DNA from: Oculatellaceae cyanobacterium bins.114
GTDB taxonomy: Bacteria > Cyanobacteriota > Cyanobacteriia > Elainellales > Elainellaceae
Reading direction: 5' to 3'
Length of the DNA stretch: 64,000 nt
Assembly: GCA_033764315.1 (NCBI GenBank)
Contig: JANRJA010000092.1
Span: forward strand, 13,304-77,303
Shown here: in pieces, positions 21,034-33,022 of the stretch
Layout of the letters: each line of letters begins with the position of its first letter
Numbering within the stretch: the first letter of the stretch is position 1
Translations under genes and position numbers: made by a program
Notes under the pieces: model-generated
Seen by the model: the letters and a program-made list of their open reading frames with translations, nothing else
Told to the model about the DNA's origin: nothing
Database searches by the model: none

Positions 21034-21133
21034 ACCAATTTGAATTGAAATCAGGATAGATCGTTGTACGGGTTTGGCAGTACCAAACCCCTCCTAAACT
21101 TTGATGTGCCCAAAAGTCTGTTTAAATCGGTAT
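21034..21133 (-). repeat. MITE-like dispersed repeat, copy 1
   Basis: Reverse complement of 31592-31693; partial third copy at 59098-59173. Confidence 0.75.
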
Positions 21134-21450
21134 TAGAACCCATTTTTTTGTTAAAGCTGGCTTAAAGACACCTGGATACCATCACCAAAAACCGGAGATC
21201 TAGAATAGTCACACATAGAGCTAGAAATAGGTCTGAAATAGATTGGTATCAAGCACCCAGATCCCGGTGTATTCTAAGTTAAATTACAGAGAGCGATCGC
21301 GCCTTGATAAAGTGGGAATCTTATAAATTAGATGTATTATGAAGCACACTAGCACTTCAATAATACTTATGAGTCAGGGTGCACAAATGACATTTCCCTT
21401 AGAAGAGGTTATCGTGCGATCAGGAACATCTCTTTTCAGGGAAAATTTCT

Positions 21451-24400
21451 ATGCAGGGTTTCCAGGATGCATTCATCTCTTATGGACGAGCAGATAGCAA
21501 AGCGTTTGCTGCCAAATTGCATCACCGCTTAGTCGAGCGGGGTTTAACCATTTGGTTTGACTTTGATGACATTCCCCTGGGTGTTGATTATCAAAAACAA
21601 ATCGACGATGGCATCAATCGGGCTGATAACTTTATTTTTATAATTTCGCCTCATGCCGTCAATTCACCCTATTGCCGCCTCGAAATTGAGTTAGCCCTGA
21701 AATGGAATAAGCGCATTATTCCCCTGATGCACGTCGGGCAAATTGACCGACACATTTGGCAAGAACGTAACCCCAATGGAACTGATGCCGACTGGGAGAA
21801 CTATCAAGCCCAAGGGTTGCATTCCTGCTTCACTAACATGCATCCCAAAATTGCTAAAATCAACTGGGTTTATTTTCGCGAAGACCAAGATGATTTTGAT
21901 CAATCTCTGGCCGGTTTACTCGATATCTTCGATCGCCATCAAGACTATGTGCATCAGCACACCCTATTTCTTGTCAAAGCCCTAGAGTGGGAAGAAAATC
22001 AGCGGCGATCGCAATATCTGTTAGTCGGTGAAGAACGCCAGCAAGCTGAAACTTGGCTTAAAAAACGCTTTACAGACTCTCAGCCTCCATGCGTCCCTAC
22101 TGAACTGCATTGCGAGTTTATCACCGAAAGTATCAAAAATGGCGAAAACCTGATGACTCAGGTATTTTTGTCCTATGCGACTGAAGATCGAAACGTTGCT
22201 CAAAAGATCCGATCTAGTTTGCTGCGAGAGGCATTTACTGTCTGGATCAACACCACCGATATTCAAACCGGAGTTGACTTTGAAAATGCCATTAAGCAAG
22301 GCATTGAAGAAGCAGATAACATTGTTTATTTACTCTCCACTAACTCCCTTCAGTCGCATTATTGTCAACTTGAAATTGACTACGCCCTCTCTCTCAATAA
22401 ACGGATCGTGCCAATTTTAGTCAGTGCGATCGATACTCAAGAATTACCAGCAGCACTCCGAAATCTACAATACATTGATCTGACCGACAACATCTTAGAA
22501 ACTGACTATCAACAAGACGAAAATCAACTATTACGAGTATTACGGCAGGATGCAACCTATTACCAAGAACACAAGGTCTTATTAACCAAAGCCCTCAAGT
22601 GGGAACGATACAACTACAACCCCACATTTCTATTGCGAGGCTATAACCTACGTCATGCAGAGGCGTGGTTAAAACTAGCCCTACAACATCCGCGATCGCC
22701 CACCACCTCAATCCAAGAGAAGTTTATCGCCGAAAGCCAGCGACAACCGCCTGGAGTTGTAGTCGATGTGTTTATTTCTTACTCCCGCGCCGACTCTGGA
22801 TTTGGTCGCCAGCTAAATGAGGCGTTGCAAATGCAAGGCAAAAACACCTGGTTTGACCAGGAAAGCATTGCCTCTGGAAGCGATTTCCAACAAGAAATTT
22901 ATCGCGGTATTGAAACCGCCAATCACTTTCTATTTGTTCTGTCACCCAGTTCTATCAACTCACCCTACTGTGCCGACGAAGTTGAGTATGCTGCCAAGCT
23001 CAATAAACGGGTTGTGACAGTCTTACATCGACCGATTAATCCAGCTAACCTGCATCCTGAACTAGCAAAAGTGCAGTGGCTTGACTTTAACCAACGGGAT
23101 GGCGATTTTTCATCTAACTTCAAAGATCTACTGCGAATTTTAGATACAGATTCTAACCATTTAAAGGCTCACACCTGGCTCCTAGTCAGGGCGATCGAGT
23201 GGGACAACAAAGGACGCAGTGACAGTTTGTTGCTGCGAGGCGACGACCTAGAAGAAGCCGAGCAGTGGCTAACTCAAAGTCAGACCAAACAACCCGAACC
23301 GACTGAATTGCATCAAAACTATATCAGGAAAAGCCGCGAAGTTGAGGCTGCTAACCAACGTCTGGCACAAGCAGGTGCACGAGCACAGCAAATGGTGCGA
23401 GTAGGGTGGGTCGTTCTCAGTGCGACTGTGGTTGTTGGAGCAACGGTGTGGGTTGGAGCACGACTGGTTGCTCAAAAAATGGTCGATAGTGCCGTCAATT
23501 TGTGGCTCAAGAGCACGGTTCCTGCAATCTCTCGTGAAATTGGCACCCTGTTTAGTCAGGTCGGATCAACCCAACAAATTATCCGAGAAGCATTTACTGA
23601 CAAGTTGATTGATATTAACAACCAGAATGAATTAGAAGTCTTTTATATTACCCTGGCAAAAGCCCATCCAAGTTTAAATTGGATTCAATTTGGCTTCCCT
23701 AATGGAAACTACTTTGGATTACAACACACCCAAGAAGGCAACATTAATATTATTAACCGTGTTTATGATCCTCAGACACAACAAGCAACTCGGACGATTG
23801 AATCTTATCAGCAAGTTAACGACTCTACATTAAAACTAGTCGATACGTTGTCTACGCCAGAAGATTACTATGCCCCTCAACGCCCTTGGTATCGGGGTGC
23901 GGTGGGCAACCCAGGTCGTCAAACCTGGACAGATGTTTATATGTTTGCCTCAACACAAACTCCTGGAATCGACTCATCGATCACGGTGCAGCAGCACGAT
24001 CAACTATTAGGAGTGATTAGTATTGCAATCGAACTCAGACAACTCTCAATGTTGTTAGAAAGATTGCAAGAAGGGCAACCGGGAGCACTATTTATTATCA
24101 CTCCAAAAGGAGAATTGATTGCCTCTAGTGATCTTCGAGATCTAGGTTTCACTTCAACAGAACGCGATGTCCCCGACCTGGTGACACTTGATGAAGTTAA
24201 GAACCCTCTCGCCAAATTTGCTAGCCAAGTGTTTCGAGCTCATCACACTCCTTTAGAAGAAATTAAGACGCAACAGACCTTTGAATATCGAGACCCTGAC
24301 TCTGAGATCAAATATCGCATTGCTATTAATCCCATTCATCATCTCGATTGGAATTTAGTTGTAGTGATGCCAGAGTCAGTATTAACTGAAGAATTTGACT

Positions 24401-24534
24401 CTTACAACCGCGTCACCACTACTGCGATCGTGTTGTTGGCACTCTTAATCATTGCAGCTGTATTTTTGCTCTCTAGGCAACAGCCTAAAGCTACAAAACA
24501 CAAATTGAGTAGTGTTGAGGTTAAACCCCTTTAA
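21451..24534 (+). CDS. Triple-TIR protein with TM-Cache-TM sensor
   Basis: Three TIR starts (AFISYGR, VFLSYAT, VFISYSR), each with a YC..E motif; TM; Cache-like region (YAPQRPWY, WTDVY, GVISIAI); C-terminal TM. Confidence 0.85.
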   Translation: MQGFQDAFISYGRADSKAFAAKLHHRLVERGLTIWFDFDDIPLGVDYQKQIDDGINRADNFIFIISPHAVNSPYCRLEIELALKWNKRIIPLMHVGQIDRHIWQERNPNGTDADWENYQAQGLHSCFTNMHPKIAKINWVYFREDQDDFDQSLAGLLDIFDRHQDYVHQHTLFLVKALEWEENQRRSQYLLVGEERQQAETWLKKRFTDSQPPCVPTELHCEFITESIKNGENLMTQVFLSYATEDRNVAQKIRSSLLREAFTVWINTTDIQTGVDFENAIKQGIEEADNIVYLLSTNSLQSHYCQLEIDYALSLNKRIVPILVSAIDTQELPAALRNLQYIDLTDNILETDYQQDENQLLRVLRQDATYYQEHKVLLTKALKWERYNYNPTFLLRGYNLRHAEAWLKLALQHPRSPTTSIQEKFIAESQRQPPGVVVDVFISYSRADSGFGRQLNEALQMQGKNTWFDQESIASGSDFQQEIYRGIETANHFLFVLSPSSINSPYCADEVEYAAKLNKRVVTVLHRPINPANLHPELAKVQWLDFNQRDGDFSSNFKDLLRILDTDSNHLKAHTWLLVRAIEWDNKGRSDSLLLRGDDLEEAEQWLTQSQTKQPEPTELHQNYIRKSREVEAANQRLAQAGARAQQMVRVGWVVLSATVVVGATVWVGARLVAQKMVDSAVNLWLKSTVPAISREIGTLFSQVGSTQQIIREAFTDKLIDINNQNELEVFYITLAKAHPSLNWIQFGFPNGNYFGLQHTQEGNINIINRVYDPQTQQATRTIESYQQVNDSTLKLVDTLSTPEDYYAPQRPWYRGAVGNPGRQTWTDVYMFASTQTPGIDSSITVQQHDQLLGVISIAIELRQLSMLLERLQEGQPGALFIITPKGELIASSDLRDLGFTSTERDVPDLVTLDEVKNPLAKFASQVFRAHHTPLEEIKTQQTFEYRDPDSEIKYRIAINPIHHLDWNLVVVMPESVLTEEFDSYNRVTTTAIVLLALLIIAAVFLLSRQQPKATKHKLSSVEVKPL

Positions 24535-24681
24535 CACCATTAAATCCATGAAATCAGGACTGGGTGTAGGGTTGGCGCGATCGCACTCCTCTCAACTCCA
24601 ATGCCCTTAGTCCAATTCTGGACGTTATCAGACCCTTCTACCCTCATCCAAAACCTATTCTTTCAATCGCGTCAAAATACT

Positions 24682-24900
24682 TATAGCTACCACCACTTTA
24701 TTTAGGCTAGAGGGGAGTGGGGGGGCTGCGCTCCCAGCCCGCTTTCGACATGAGTGCTCAAGCCGAAGGGAGTTCTACCGTTCGGACTTCGGCATAAGCT
24801 CAGACGTTCGGTGATGCTCAGTCGAGTCGTCGAACCGTCAAACGCTGAACTCACGATGAAGCCCCTGCAGCCCGTTCTAACCCAAGTGACTATGGCTATA
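24682..24900. repeat. MITE-like composite repeat
   Basis: TATAGC...GCTATA ends enclosing GGGGCTGCGC/GCCCCTGC REP-like and nested hairpin sequences. Confidence 0.45.
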
Positions 24901-25199
24901 AATAACAACAGACAGAGGGCGTTCTTCAATAATGCTCTCTATGTAGTTTATGGTGGTTGCAACACGCTGCTATGGTCTTGCTAAGCTATGGAGAGAGTTA
25001 ACTTTAGCTACTTAACCACCCAATTCCTTAACTTTCGCTTAGATTATTAATAGAGTCAGTGTGCTGAGTTACAATTCCAATAGAGTTTTTGTCTGATTCA
25101 TCTGTCTATAGATAAGTGCATGATCAGGAGTACAAATTCTCAAAATTAACTACGGAAATGGCATCGATTCGACCTTTTTTGAGTTGTTTCTGTTAAGTC

Positions 25200-28100
25200 A
25201 TGGCATCAGCACAAAATTCTGACTCAGATCGTTCTTCAAACTCTCCAGACTTAATCGTTACGGCAGAACAGGTTGCCACACTTCAGGCAAAAAATGCTGA
25301 TTTAGAACGACAGGTGCAACAGTTGCAGCAGGCACTTGCTGCCAGTGAAGCGAGCCATCATGCCTCTAAAACAAACTTAAATGGCATTCTCAATAGTGCG
25401 ATCGCCGCTATTGCTAGCTTTCGTGCCTACCAAAACCGAGAGTGGCACTATGAGTATCTCTCTAGTGGATGTGAAGTTGTGTTTGGCTACACTCCAAAGG
25501 AGTTTTTAGCAGACCCCGCTCTTTGGAAATCACGGATATTTCCAGAGGATTTTACGAATGTCATCAGTCCTGCGATCGCTCAAATCTTTGCAGGAAAGCC
25601 TTTTCAAATGGAGTATCGTTTCTATCACAAAGATGGCAGCCTGCGATGGATCTGTGACAGTATAACGTCTGAGCGAGATGAGGTAACCGATAGCTGGCTA
25701 GTAACCACCGTTACCTTAGACGTGAGTGAACGTAAACAAACCGAGGTGGAGTTACAGCGTAACCGTGATTTCATCGAACGTGTCACTGACGGTTCACCGC
25801 AGTTGCTCTACATCTTTGACCTTGTTCAACAACGTAATTTTTATATAAATCGTCAAATCACCGCTATTTTGGGCTATACGCCAGAGGAGATTCAGGCGTG
25901 GGGCAAGCAATTTTTTTTGGACTGTCTTCATCCTGATGATCTGCTGAAAGTTCAACAGGCTCTCCAAGGTTGGGACAGCGTTCCTGATGGAGAATATGTA
26001 GAACTTGACTATCGTCTGCGTCACAAAAATGGCTCCTGGTGCTGGTTACGATCGCGCGATGTGGTGTTTGAACGAGACGAGACTGGGGCACCCACCAAAA
26101 TTCTAGGAACAGCAGTCGATATTAGCGATCGCAAGCAAGTAGAAGAAGCACTGAAATTAAGTGAAGAACAACTGCGTCAAATCGTTGAGAATATTTCCGA
26201 TGCTTTTTTCTTAAAGGACATGGCAAGCGGGCAGTTAATTTACACTAACTCTGCCTATGAAACTATGGTTGGGCGATCGCCCCAAGTATTCTATGACAAC
26301 CCAGATGCTTGGACAGAAACAATTCACCCTGACGATCGAGCCGTTATCATGGCTAAATATCAGCGGGAGAAACAAGGCGTCAGTTTTTTCGATGATGAAT
26401 ACCGCCGGGTTCATGCCGATGGTTCTATTTATTGGGTGCGGGATCGCACTTTCCCCATTCGTGATGAGCACGGCAATATTTATCGTTGTGCTGGGGTCGT
26501 TCGTGACATCACCGAACGCAAACAACTGGAACTAGCCCTTCAAGCCTCTGAAGCCAAGCTCAATGACATCCTTAATAGTGCAACGGCTGCCATTTGCAGC
26601 CTCCGGGTGGATGAAACAGGTAGCTTTGAATATGAGTATATGTCATCGGGTTCTAAAGCCGTCTTTGGTTACACCGCAGATGAATTTGTATCTGATAAGA
26701 CCTTATGGCGATCGCGCGTTTTTCCAGAGGATCTCGGTCGAGTGCTTCCCCCCGATCAAATTACGCAAGAAATCACCGATATCGTACCGTATCGCTTTTA
26801 TCGTAAAGACGGCAGTCTGCGCTGGCTCTCTAACCATATTAAAGTTAGGCGAGATGAAGCGACTCATACCTGGCTGATGACCATCATTGATATCGATATT
26901 CACGATCGCAAGATGGTTGCGATCGCCCTTGAAGAATCAGAGGCAAAACTGAGCGATATTTTGAACAACGCTGGAGCCGCTATTACTCGGTTTCGATTGT
27001 TTACTCATCTCAAGTGGGTCTATGAATTCTATTCCTCCGGCAGTGAGACAATTTTTGGCTATTCAGTAGACGAGTTAATGAACACAGACGGGTTATGGCT
27101 ATCCTGTGTCCATCCAGATGATTTACAACAAGTCCATCTTCCAGCACTTCAAGATTTGTATGCCGAACGTTCTGCCACGATCGAGTTTCGTTTCCGTCAA
27201 AAAGATGGCTCTTGGCGATGGATTTCAGAAACAGCCAGTTCAAAGCGAGACGATGCAGCGGATTGTTGGATTGTCACTTGTGTTGCTACTGACATTAGCG
27301 ATCGCAAACGAGCCGAGGAAGCATTACGACAGAGCGAGCAAATTTTTAGACAAGCATTTGAAACGAGTGCATTTGGCATTAGCCTGCGGTCTCCTGACGG
27401 ACAATATCTGCGGGTCAACCAAACCTTCTGCCAAATTTTAGGGTATACAGAAGCTGAATTGTTGACATTGACCTATCGCGATGTCACTCACCCAGATGAT
27501 CTCGCGATCGCCCCAAACGAGACTCTCCACAAACTTATAGCTGGAGACATTCCCTATTACCATCTTGAAAAACGGTTTTTGCACAAACAAGGCCATATTG
27601 TTTGGGGATTGATCAGCATGTCAGTGGTGCGCGATCTCCAGCAACAACCCCTTTACTTTGTCACTCAAATTCAAGATATTACCGTTCGCAAACAACTAGA
27701 ACTGGCATTACAAGCCTCCGAGACAAAACTCAATAACATTCTCAATAACACGATCGCAGCTATTTCGAGTTTTAGAATCTTGGCTAATTATGATTACAAA
27801 TATGATTATTGGTCTGACGGGTGCGAGGCTATCTATGGTTATAACGCTCAGGAGTTAATGAATGACAAGTATCTCTGGATCTCGCGTGTTCACCCAGACG
27901 ATGTCGAGAGAGTCATTGCAGCAGAACTGGCCGCTATCTTGGCTGAAAGCACTCTGTCCTACGAGTTTCGGTTCTATCACAAAGATGGGTCGTTGCGCTG
28001 GATCTCAGTAGAGTTGCTCTCTAAACGAGACGAAGCCGCAAATTGTTGGGTTGCTAACTGTGTTGACATTGACATCACAGAACGCAAACAAGCTGAAGCA

Positions 28101-29936
28101 GCGTTGCGCTTAAGCGAAGAACAACTTCGTCAAATCATTGAAAATATCCCAGATGTATTCTTCTTAAAAGATGTAGCGACTGGAGGGTTAATATATCTCA
28201 ACTCAGCTTATGAAACGCTGTATGGGCGATCGCGCCAGTCGTTGTATGACAATCCTGATTCCTGGACAGAATCAATTCATCCCGATGACTTTGCCCACAT
28301 TCAGACTAAATATCAAGAGGAATTACAACAGTTCGTTTTCTTTGATGATGAATATCGTCTAACTCGTCCAGATGGCTCCATTCGTTGGATTTGGGATCGT
28401 ACGTTTCCAATTCGCGATGACCAAGGCAAGATTTATCGCTATGCTGGTGTTAATCGTGACATTACCAATCGCAAACAACTAGAGCTAGCACTGCAAGCCT
28501 CTGAAGCCAAGCTTGATGATATTCTCAACAGTGCGATCGCGGCTATCTCTAGTTTTAGAGTATTTGCCAATCGAGATTGGAACTATGAATATTGGTCTCA
28601 TGGTTCCGAAACTATCTATGGATACACTCCTCAAGAATTGATGGCTGATCAGCAACTCTGGGTATCTCGCATTCATCCAGACGATTTAGAAACCATTATC
28701 TTGCCGGGTTATGCCAACATTTTTGCAGCATCCACCTTTTCTTTAGAGTTCCGGTTCTATCACAAAGACGGGACTTTGCGCTGGATTAGTGGAGCATTTA
28801 TCTCTCGTCGAGATGATCACAATAATTGTTGGGTCGTGACCGTAGTTAATATCGACACGACCGATCGCAAACAAGCTGAGATTGCCCTCCGCCATAGTCG
28901 CGAAGAATTGCGCCTGATCACCAATTCGCTGCCTGCCTGCATTGCTTACTTTGACGCTGAACAACGATATCGCTTTGTCAACAACACCTATGAGCAATGG
29001 TTTGGATACCCTACTCAAGCCATTTTGGGTAAACACATCCGAGAAGTGATCGGTGAAAGAGCCTATGCCTTGACCCAGCATCACATTCAACAAGTTCTGA
29101 CTGGACAGACAGTTCAATACGAAATGGAGAAGCCCTATACAAACGGTACCCGATATGTCTCCGCTATGCTCGTTCCTAATATTGATCCCACCACTACAGA
29201 GGTGCAAGGTTGTTATGCGCTGATTACTGACATTAGCGATCGCAAACAATTTGAAAAACAGTTGCAGAAATCACTGCGTGAAAAAGAAATTTTGCTAACT
29301 GAAATTCATCATCGAGTCAAAAACAACTTACAAGTCATCTCTAGTCTGCTCGATTTGCAAGCTAATCGTTCTCAAGATATGCACATCCAAACTGCATTAA
29401 AGATCAGTCAAGACCGTATTTTATCAATGGCGTTAGTGCATGAAGCCCTTTATCGGTTTGAGCAGTTTGCCGAGATGAATTTTGCCACCTATGCAGAAGG
29501 TCTAGTCAATCACTTACTCAGTGGGTATGCGTCGCCAGGGCAAACCGTCATCGTTAACCTTGATATAGATCCAAGCATTACCATCGCGCTAGATCAAGCT
29601 GTGCCCTGTGGTTTAATTCTCAACGAATTGGTGACTAACGTGATGAAATATGGATGTCGGGATGGAGAACCCGGACATTTATATGTCCAGTTAGAACGAG
29701 TCACAGAGTCAAATATTCAACTGACTGTCGGAAATGATGGGGATACGTTGCCTAAAGACTTTAGTATTTCTAAGGATGTGTCAATTGGCTTTACCCTGGT
29801 GCAGGTTTTAACTGATCAACTCAAGGGTAAGTTTGATATTGACCGAGACGACTCCCCCGTTGGAGACACGACTGCCCATCGCACTTTGTTTAAAGTGACA
29901 TTTCCCCACCACCCCACCTCAAATTTAGATCTGTGA
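25200..29936 (+). CDS. Soluble multi-PAS (about 10) sensor histidine kinase, HisKA_2 type
   Basis: Repeated PAS/PAC units ending DI(S/T)(D/E)[14 protein letters not shown]-box; LNELVTN N-box. Confidence 0.92.
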   Translation: MASAQNSDSDRSSNSPDLIVTAEQVATLQAKNADLERQVQQLQQALAASEASHHASKTNLNGILNSAIAAIASFRAYQNREWHYEYLSSGCEVVFGYTPKEFLADPALWKSRIFPEDFTNVISPAIAQIFAGKPFQMEYRFYHKDGSLRWICDSITSERDEVTDSWLVTTVTLDVSERKQTEVELQRNRDFIERVTDGSPQLLYIFDLVQQRNFYINRQITAILGYTPEEIQAWGKQFFLDCLHPDDLLKVQQALQGWDSVPDGEYVELDYRLRHKNGSWCWLRSRDVVFERDETGAPTKILGTAVDISDRKQVEEALKLSEEQLRQIVENISDAFFLKDMASGQLIYTNSAYETMVGRSPQVFYDNPDAWTETIHPDDRAVIMAKYQREKQGVSFFDDEYRRVHADGSIYWVRDRTFPIRDEHGNIYRCAGVVRDITERKQLELALQASEAKLNDILNSATAAICSLRVDETGSFEYEYMSSGSKAVFGYTADEFVSDKTLWRSRVFPEDLGRVLPPDQITQEITDIVPYRFYRKDGSLRWLSNHIKVRRDEATHTWLMTIIDIDIHDRKMVAIALEESEAKLSDILNNAGAAITRFRLFTHLKWVYEFYSSGSETIFGYSVDELMNTDGLWLSCVHPDDLQQVHLPALQDLYAERSATIEFRFRQKDGSWRWISETASSKRDDAADCWIVTCVATDISDRKRAEEALRQSEQIFRQAFETSAFGISLRSPDGQYLRVNQTFCQILGYTEAELLTLTYRDVTHPDDLAIAPNETLHKLIAGDIPYYHLEKRFLHKQGHIVWGLISMSVVRDLQQQPLYFVTQIQDITVRKQLELALQASETKLNNILNNTIAAISSFRILANYDYKYDYWSDGCEAIYGYNAQELMNDKYLWISRVHPDDVERVIAAELAAILAESTLSYEFRFYHKDGSLRWISVELLSKRDEAANCWVANCVDIDITERKQAEAALRLSEEQLRQIIENIPDVFFLKDVATGGLIYLNSAYETLYGRSRQSLYDNPDSWTESIHPDDFAHIQTKYQEELQQFVFFDDEYRLTRPDGSIRWIWDRTFPIRDDQGKIYRYAGVNRDITNRKQLELALQASEAKLDDILNSAIAAISSFRVFANRDWNYEYWSHGSETIYGYTPQELMADQQLWVSRIHPDDLETIILPGYANIFAASTFSLEFRFYHKDGTLRWISGAFISRRDDHNNCWVVTVVNIDTTDRKQAEIALRHSREELRLITNSLPACIAYFDAEQRYRFVNNTYEQWFGYPTQAILGKHIREVIGERAYALTQHHIQQVLTGQTVQYEMEKPYTNGTRYVSAMLVPNIDPTTTEVQGCYALITDISDRKQFEKQLQKSLREKEILLTEIHHRVKNNLQVISSLLDLQANRSQDMHIQTALKISQDRILSMALVHEALYRFEQFAEMNFATYAEGLVNHLLSGYASPGQTVIVNLDIDPSITIALDQAVPCGLILNELVTNVMKYGCRDGEPGHLYVQLERVTESNIQLTVGNDGDTLPKDFSISKDVSIGFTLVQVLTDQLKGKFDIDRDDSPVGDTTAHRTLFKVTFPHHPTSNLDL

Positions 29937-29994
29937 ATTTAGCAATGCCGTGAGGCTCCGTTACACTCAAAGGGTTGCCTCTCAAAAATGCATT

Positions 29995-31542
29995 ATGCCA
30001 TCTTCTATTCAGCAGGAACCTGCACTCCAACCCCTAGATGAATACAATCAAACCCTCATGTCTCATGTTCATCCGCCTGATTGGGTTAACCCCAGTCCAG
30101 CGAGTTGTTATGATCTGGTCGTGATTGGGGCTGGCACAGCAGGATTGGTAGTTGCGGCTGGCGCAGCGGGATTGGGGCTAGGTCTCAAAGTTGCCCTGAT
30201 TGAAAAAAGCCTGATGGGTGGCGATTGCCTCAATGTTGGTTGTGTGCCTTCTAAGGCTGTCATTCGTTCGTCGCGAGTTGTGGCTGAGATGCGAGATGCA
30301 GCGCCATTTGGCATCCACCCGCCCGATGCGATCGCCATCGATTTTGCAGCTGTGATGCAGCGGATGCGGCGCATCCGTGCTGAGATTAGCCCCCACGACT
30401 CCGCAGAACGGTTTCGCCAATTGGGGATCGATGTGTTTTTAGGACATGCCCAGTTTGTCAGCAAAGAGGCGATCGCGGTTGGTGAGAGTCAGTTGCGCTT
30501 TAAAAAAGCCGTGATTGCAACAGGGGCTCGTGCGACTCAACCCTCCATTCCAGGTTTGACAGAAGCCGGATATTTGACTAATGAAACCGTTTTTTCGCTC
30601 ACCGAACGCCCCAAACGGTTTGCCGTAATTGGCGGAGGGCCTATCGGCTGTGAATTGGCTCAGGCATTTCAACGACTGGGTAGTGAGGTGACACTGTTTC
30701 ACAAGCATGGGCATGTGCTCGATCGCGAAGAGGCTGAAGCTGCTGATATTATTCAACAGCAATTGATCCGAGAAAAGCTGCAATTGGTGCTCAACAGCAC
30801 GCTAGAAAAAGTGGAAAAAACTGATGCAGGAAAGGTGATCCACTACCAACAACAGGGGGTTGCTAAAACCATCATTGTGGACGAGATTTTGGTGGGGGCA
30901 GGGCGATCGCCCAATGTAGAAGGGTTAAATCTAGAAACCGTGGCCGTTCAATACGATGCCAAACAAGGAGTGATTGTAAATGACTACCTCCAAACTACAA
31001 ATCCTCGCATTTATGCGGCTGGAGATATTTGCATGAACTGGAAATTTACTCACGCTGCTGATGCTGCTGCTCGCATCGTGATTAAAAATACCCTGTTTTC
31101 TCCCTTTGGTTTAGGACGTAGTAAACTCAGCAGTTTGGTTATGCCCTGGGTGACTTACACAGACCCAGAAGTCGCTCACGTTGGGCTATATGAGCAAGAA
31201 GCACAGGCCAAGGGATTAGACACAACCACGATCACTATTCCTTTTTCATCGGTCGATCGAGCCTTGGCAGATGGCGAACCGGAAGGCTTTGTCAAAATTG
31301 TGCATCAACGCGGATCTGACAAAATTTTGGGCGCAACTATCGTGGCACGTCATGCTGGAGAAATGATTAGTGAAATCACATTGGCGATCGCCACTAAACA
31401 AGGACTCAGTGCTCTTTCGGGGGTGATTCACCCCTATCCCACTCAGGCAGAAGCCATCAAAAAAGCAGCCGATGCCTACCGACGAACGTTGCTCACTCCT
31501 CGCACTCAATCGTTGTTAAAGATTTTGACTAAGTTGAGTTAG
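29995..31542 (+). CDS. Pyridine nucleotide-disulfide oxidoreductase (LpdA/MerA-like)
   Basis: GAGTAG, GGDCLNVGCVPSK, GGGPIGCE, HPYPT; no C-terminal Cys pair. Confidence 0.88.
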   Translation: MPSSIQQEPALQPLDEYNQTLMSHVHPPDWVNPSPASCYDLVVIGAGTAGLVVAAGAAGLGLGLKVALIEKSLMGGDCLNVGCVPSKAVIRSSRVVAEMRDAAPFGIHPPDAIAIDFAAVMQRMRRIRAEISPHDSAERFRQLGIDVFLGHAQFVSKEAIAVGESQLRFKKAVIATGARATQPSIPGLTEAGYLTNETVFSLTERPKRFAVIGGGPIGCELAQAFQRLGSEVTLFHKHGHVLDREEAEAADIIQQQLIREKLQLVLNSTLEKVEKTDAGKVIHYQQQGVAKTIIVDEILVGAGRSPNVEGLNLETVAVQYDAKQGVIVNDYLQTTNPRIYAAGDICMNWKFTHAADAAARIVIKNTLFSPFGLGRSKLSSLVMPWVTYTDPEVAHVGLYEQEAQAKGLDTTTITIPFSSVDRALADGEPEGFVKIVHQRGSDKILGATIVARHAGEMISEITLAIATKQGLSALSGVIHPYPTQAEAIKKAADAYRRTLLTPRTQSLLKILTKLS

Positions 31543-31591
31543 AGGGTTAGGTCATTAGTCCATCGTCGATGGGTATCGTCAATGGGTTCTG

Positions 31592-31693
31592 ACACCGATT
31601 TAAACGGATTTTTGGGCAGATCAAAGTTCAGGAGGGGCTTGGCAGTGCCAAGCCCGTACCAGGATCTGTCGTGTTTTCAATTCAAATTGGTAT
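31592..31693 (+). repeat. MITE-like dispersed repeat, copy 2
   Basis: ACCGATTTAAACGG...GGCTTGGCAGTGCCAAGCC...TTCAATTCAAATTGGTAT. Confidence 0.75.
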
Positions 31694-31738
31694 GACACGA
31701 TGGGTCGCTGAGGGATCTACCCTTCACCCTGTTTCTTT

Positions 31739-31943
31739 AGGATGTCTGAGAAATTTTTGATGGTTAAAACCGTGACTACAACAACCAAGTCTGCCGTTGC
31801 GGACTCAAGCCAATCCAGGCTTTTGTCACCTGCGGAGGCAGATTGTGCTCGTGTAGCGTTCGGCTGAGGCTCATGCTGAAGTCTGCAACTTTGGTCGCCA
31901 ATGTTGCCTAAATGTTGCCTAAATTTAGACTTTTAAGACACCC
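31739..31943. repeat. MITE-like repeat with nested insert
   Basis: AGGATGTCT...AGACACCCT ends; its right half is also present at about 11591-11670. Confidence 0.55.
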
Positions 31944-31995
31944 TCTACTATCTAAAATTCTCATTTTGACTGGTTAAGCTGGCATTACACTGGCG

Positions 31996-32841
31996 ATGGA
32001 TACTGGTGATGGATATTGTTTCAAAACAGTTTCAAAACAGCCTATGCACCCCAATCAATGGGTTCAAATCACGACTGACCCTGACCACCATAACGGTTAT
32101 TTTTTCAAGCGGATATCTACCTTAGGAATAGGTGCCATTGTCTGGTTACTGCTTGCGGCTCCGGCTCTGGCTCAAGGAGCACAAAGTTCATCCGGGTTCA
32201 ATCCTCAAGATGTATTGCGGAATGCCTTGCAATGGATTGAAAGCCTGGGTATTGCGGGTGGTATCGCTTTCATTGCCATTTACATCTTGGCAACAATCGC
32301 CTTCTTTCCTGGTTCAATTTTGACACTGGGGGCAGGAGCCGTTTTTGGAGTTGTGCTGGGAGCAATTTATGTTTTCATTGGAGCAACATTGGGGGCGATC
32401 GCTGCCTTTCTCGTGGGTCGCTATATTGCACGGGGATGGGTTAACCGCAAAATTGCAGGCAACCCAAAGTTTGCAGCAATCGATAAAGCGGTTGCCCGTG
32501 AGGGGTTCAAAATTGTCTTATTGACTCGTCTTTCTCCGGTTTTTCCATTCAACTTGCTCAATTATGCATTTGGCATCACAGGCGTTTCGTTGAAAGACTA
32601 TACGCTGGGGGCGATCGGCATGATCCCCGCAACGGTGATGTATGTCTACATCGGTTCGCTGGCAGGCAATCTCGCTCGCATTGGCACTGCCAATCAACCC
32701 ACCAACTCCACGCTACAATGGGCGATTCGGATTGTGGGTTTTGTGGCAACCGTCGCTGTCACTCTCTATGTCACTCGGATTGCCCGCGGAGCACTGGCAG
32801 ACACCGTTGACGAATCGAGCGATCGCCCATCAGTTAAATAA
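31996..32841 (+). CDS. TVP38/TMEM64 (DedA/SNARE-associated) membrane protein
   Basis: PGSILTLGAG, LLTRLSPVFPFNLLNYAFG; start uncertain. Confidence 0.88.
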   Translation: MDTGDGYCFKTVSKQPMHPNQWVQITTDPDHHNGYFFKRISTLGIGAIVWLLLAAPALAQGAQSSSGFNPQDVLRNALQWIESLGIAGGIAFIAIYILATIAFFPGSILTLGAGAVFGVVLGAIYVFIGATLGAIAAFLVGRYIARGWVNRKIAGNPKFAAIDKAVAREGFKIVLLTRLSPVFPFNLLNYAFGITGVSLKDYTLGAIGMIPATVMYVYIGSLAGNLARIGTANQPTNSTLQWAIRIVGFVATVAVTLYVTRIARGALADTVDESSDRPSVK

Positions 32842-32855
32842 GCCAGCTACTTAGG

Positions 32856-33022
32856 TAACCTGAGTTCGGGATAAGGATTTTGGCGGTTGAAACCGCGGTT
32901 ATACGAGCAGAACCAACCTGCCTCTGTTCAGTAAACCTTTAACTTTGCCAGTCCGCGAAGGCGGACTTCGCTCTGGTAGCCGCGAATTTATTCGCTAGGC
33001 TGCTTTAACCTAACTAACGTTA
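32856..33022. repeat. Host MITE-like repeat abutting the att site
   Basis: TAACCTGAGTTCGG...CC(T/G)AACTAACGTTA imperfect terminal IR; internal GTCCGCGAAGGCGGAC hairpin. Confidence 0.55.

Noticed and set aside
24702..24984. ORFs of 75-76 aa
   Set aside because: They lie over a repeat element and show no protein features.
29995..31542. True mercuric reductase merA
   Set aside because: No C-terminal Cys-Cys pair, no NmerA domain and no mer operon.
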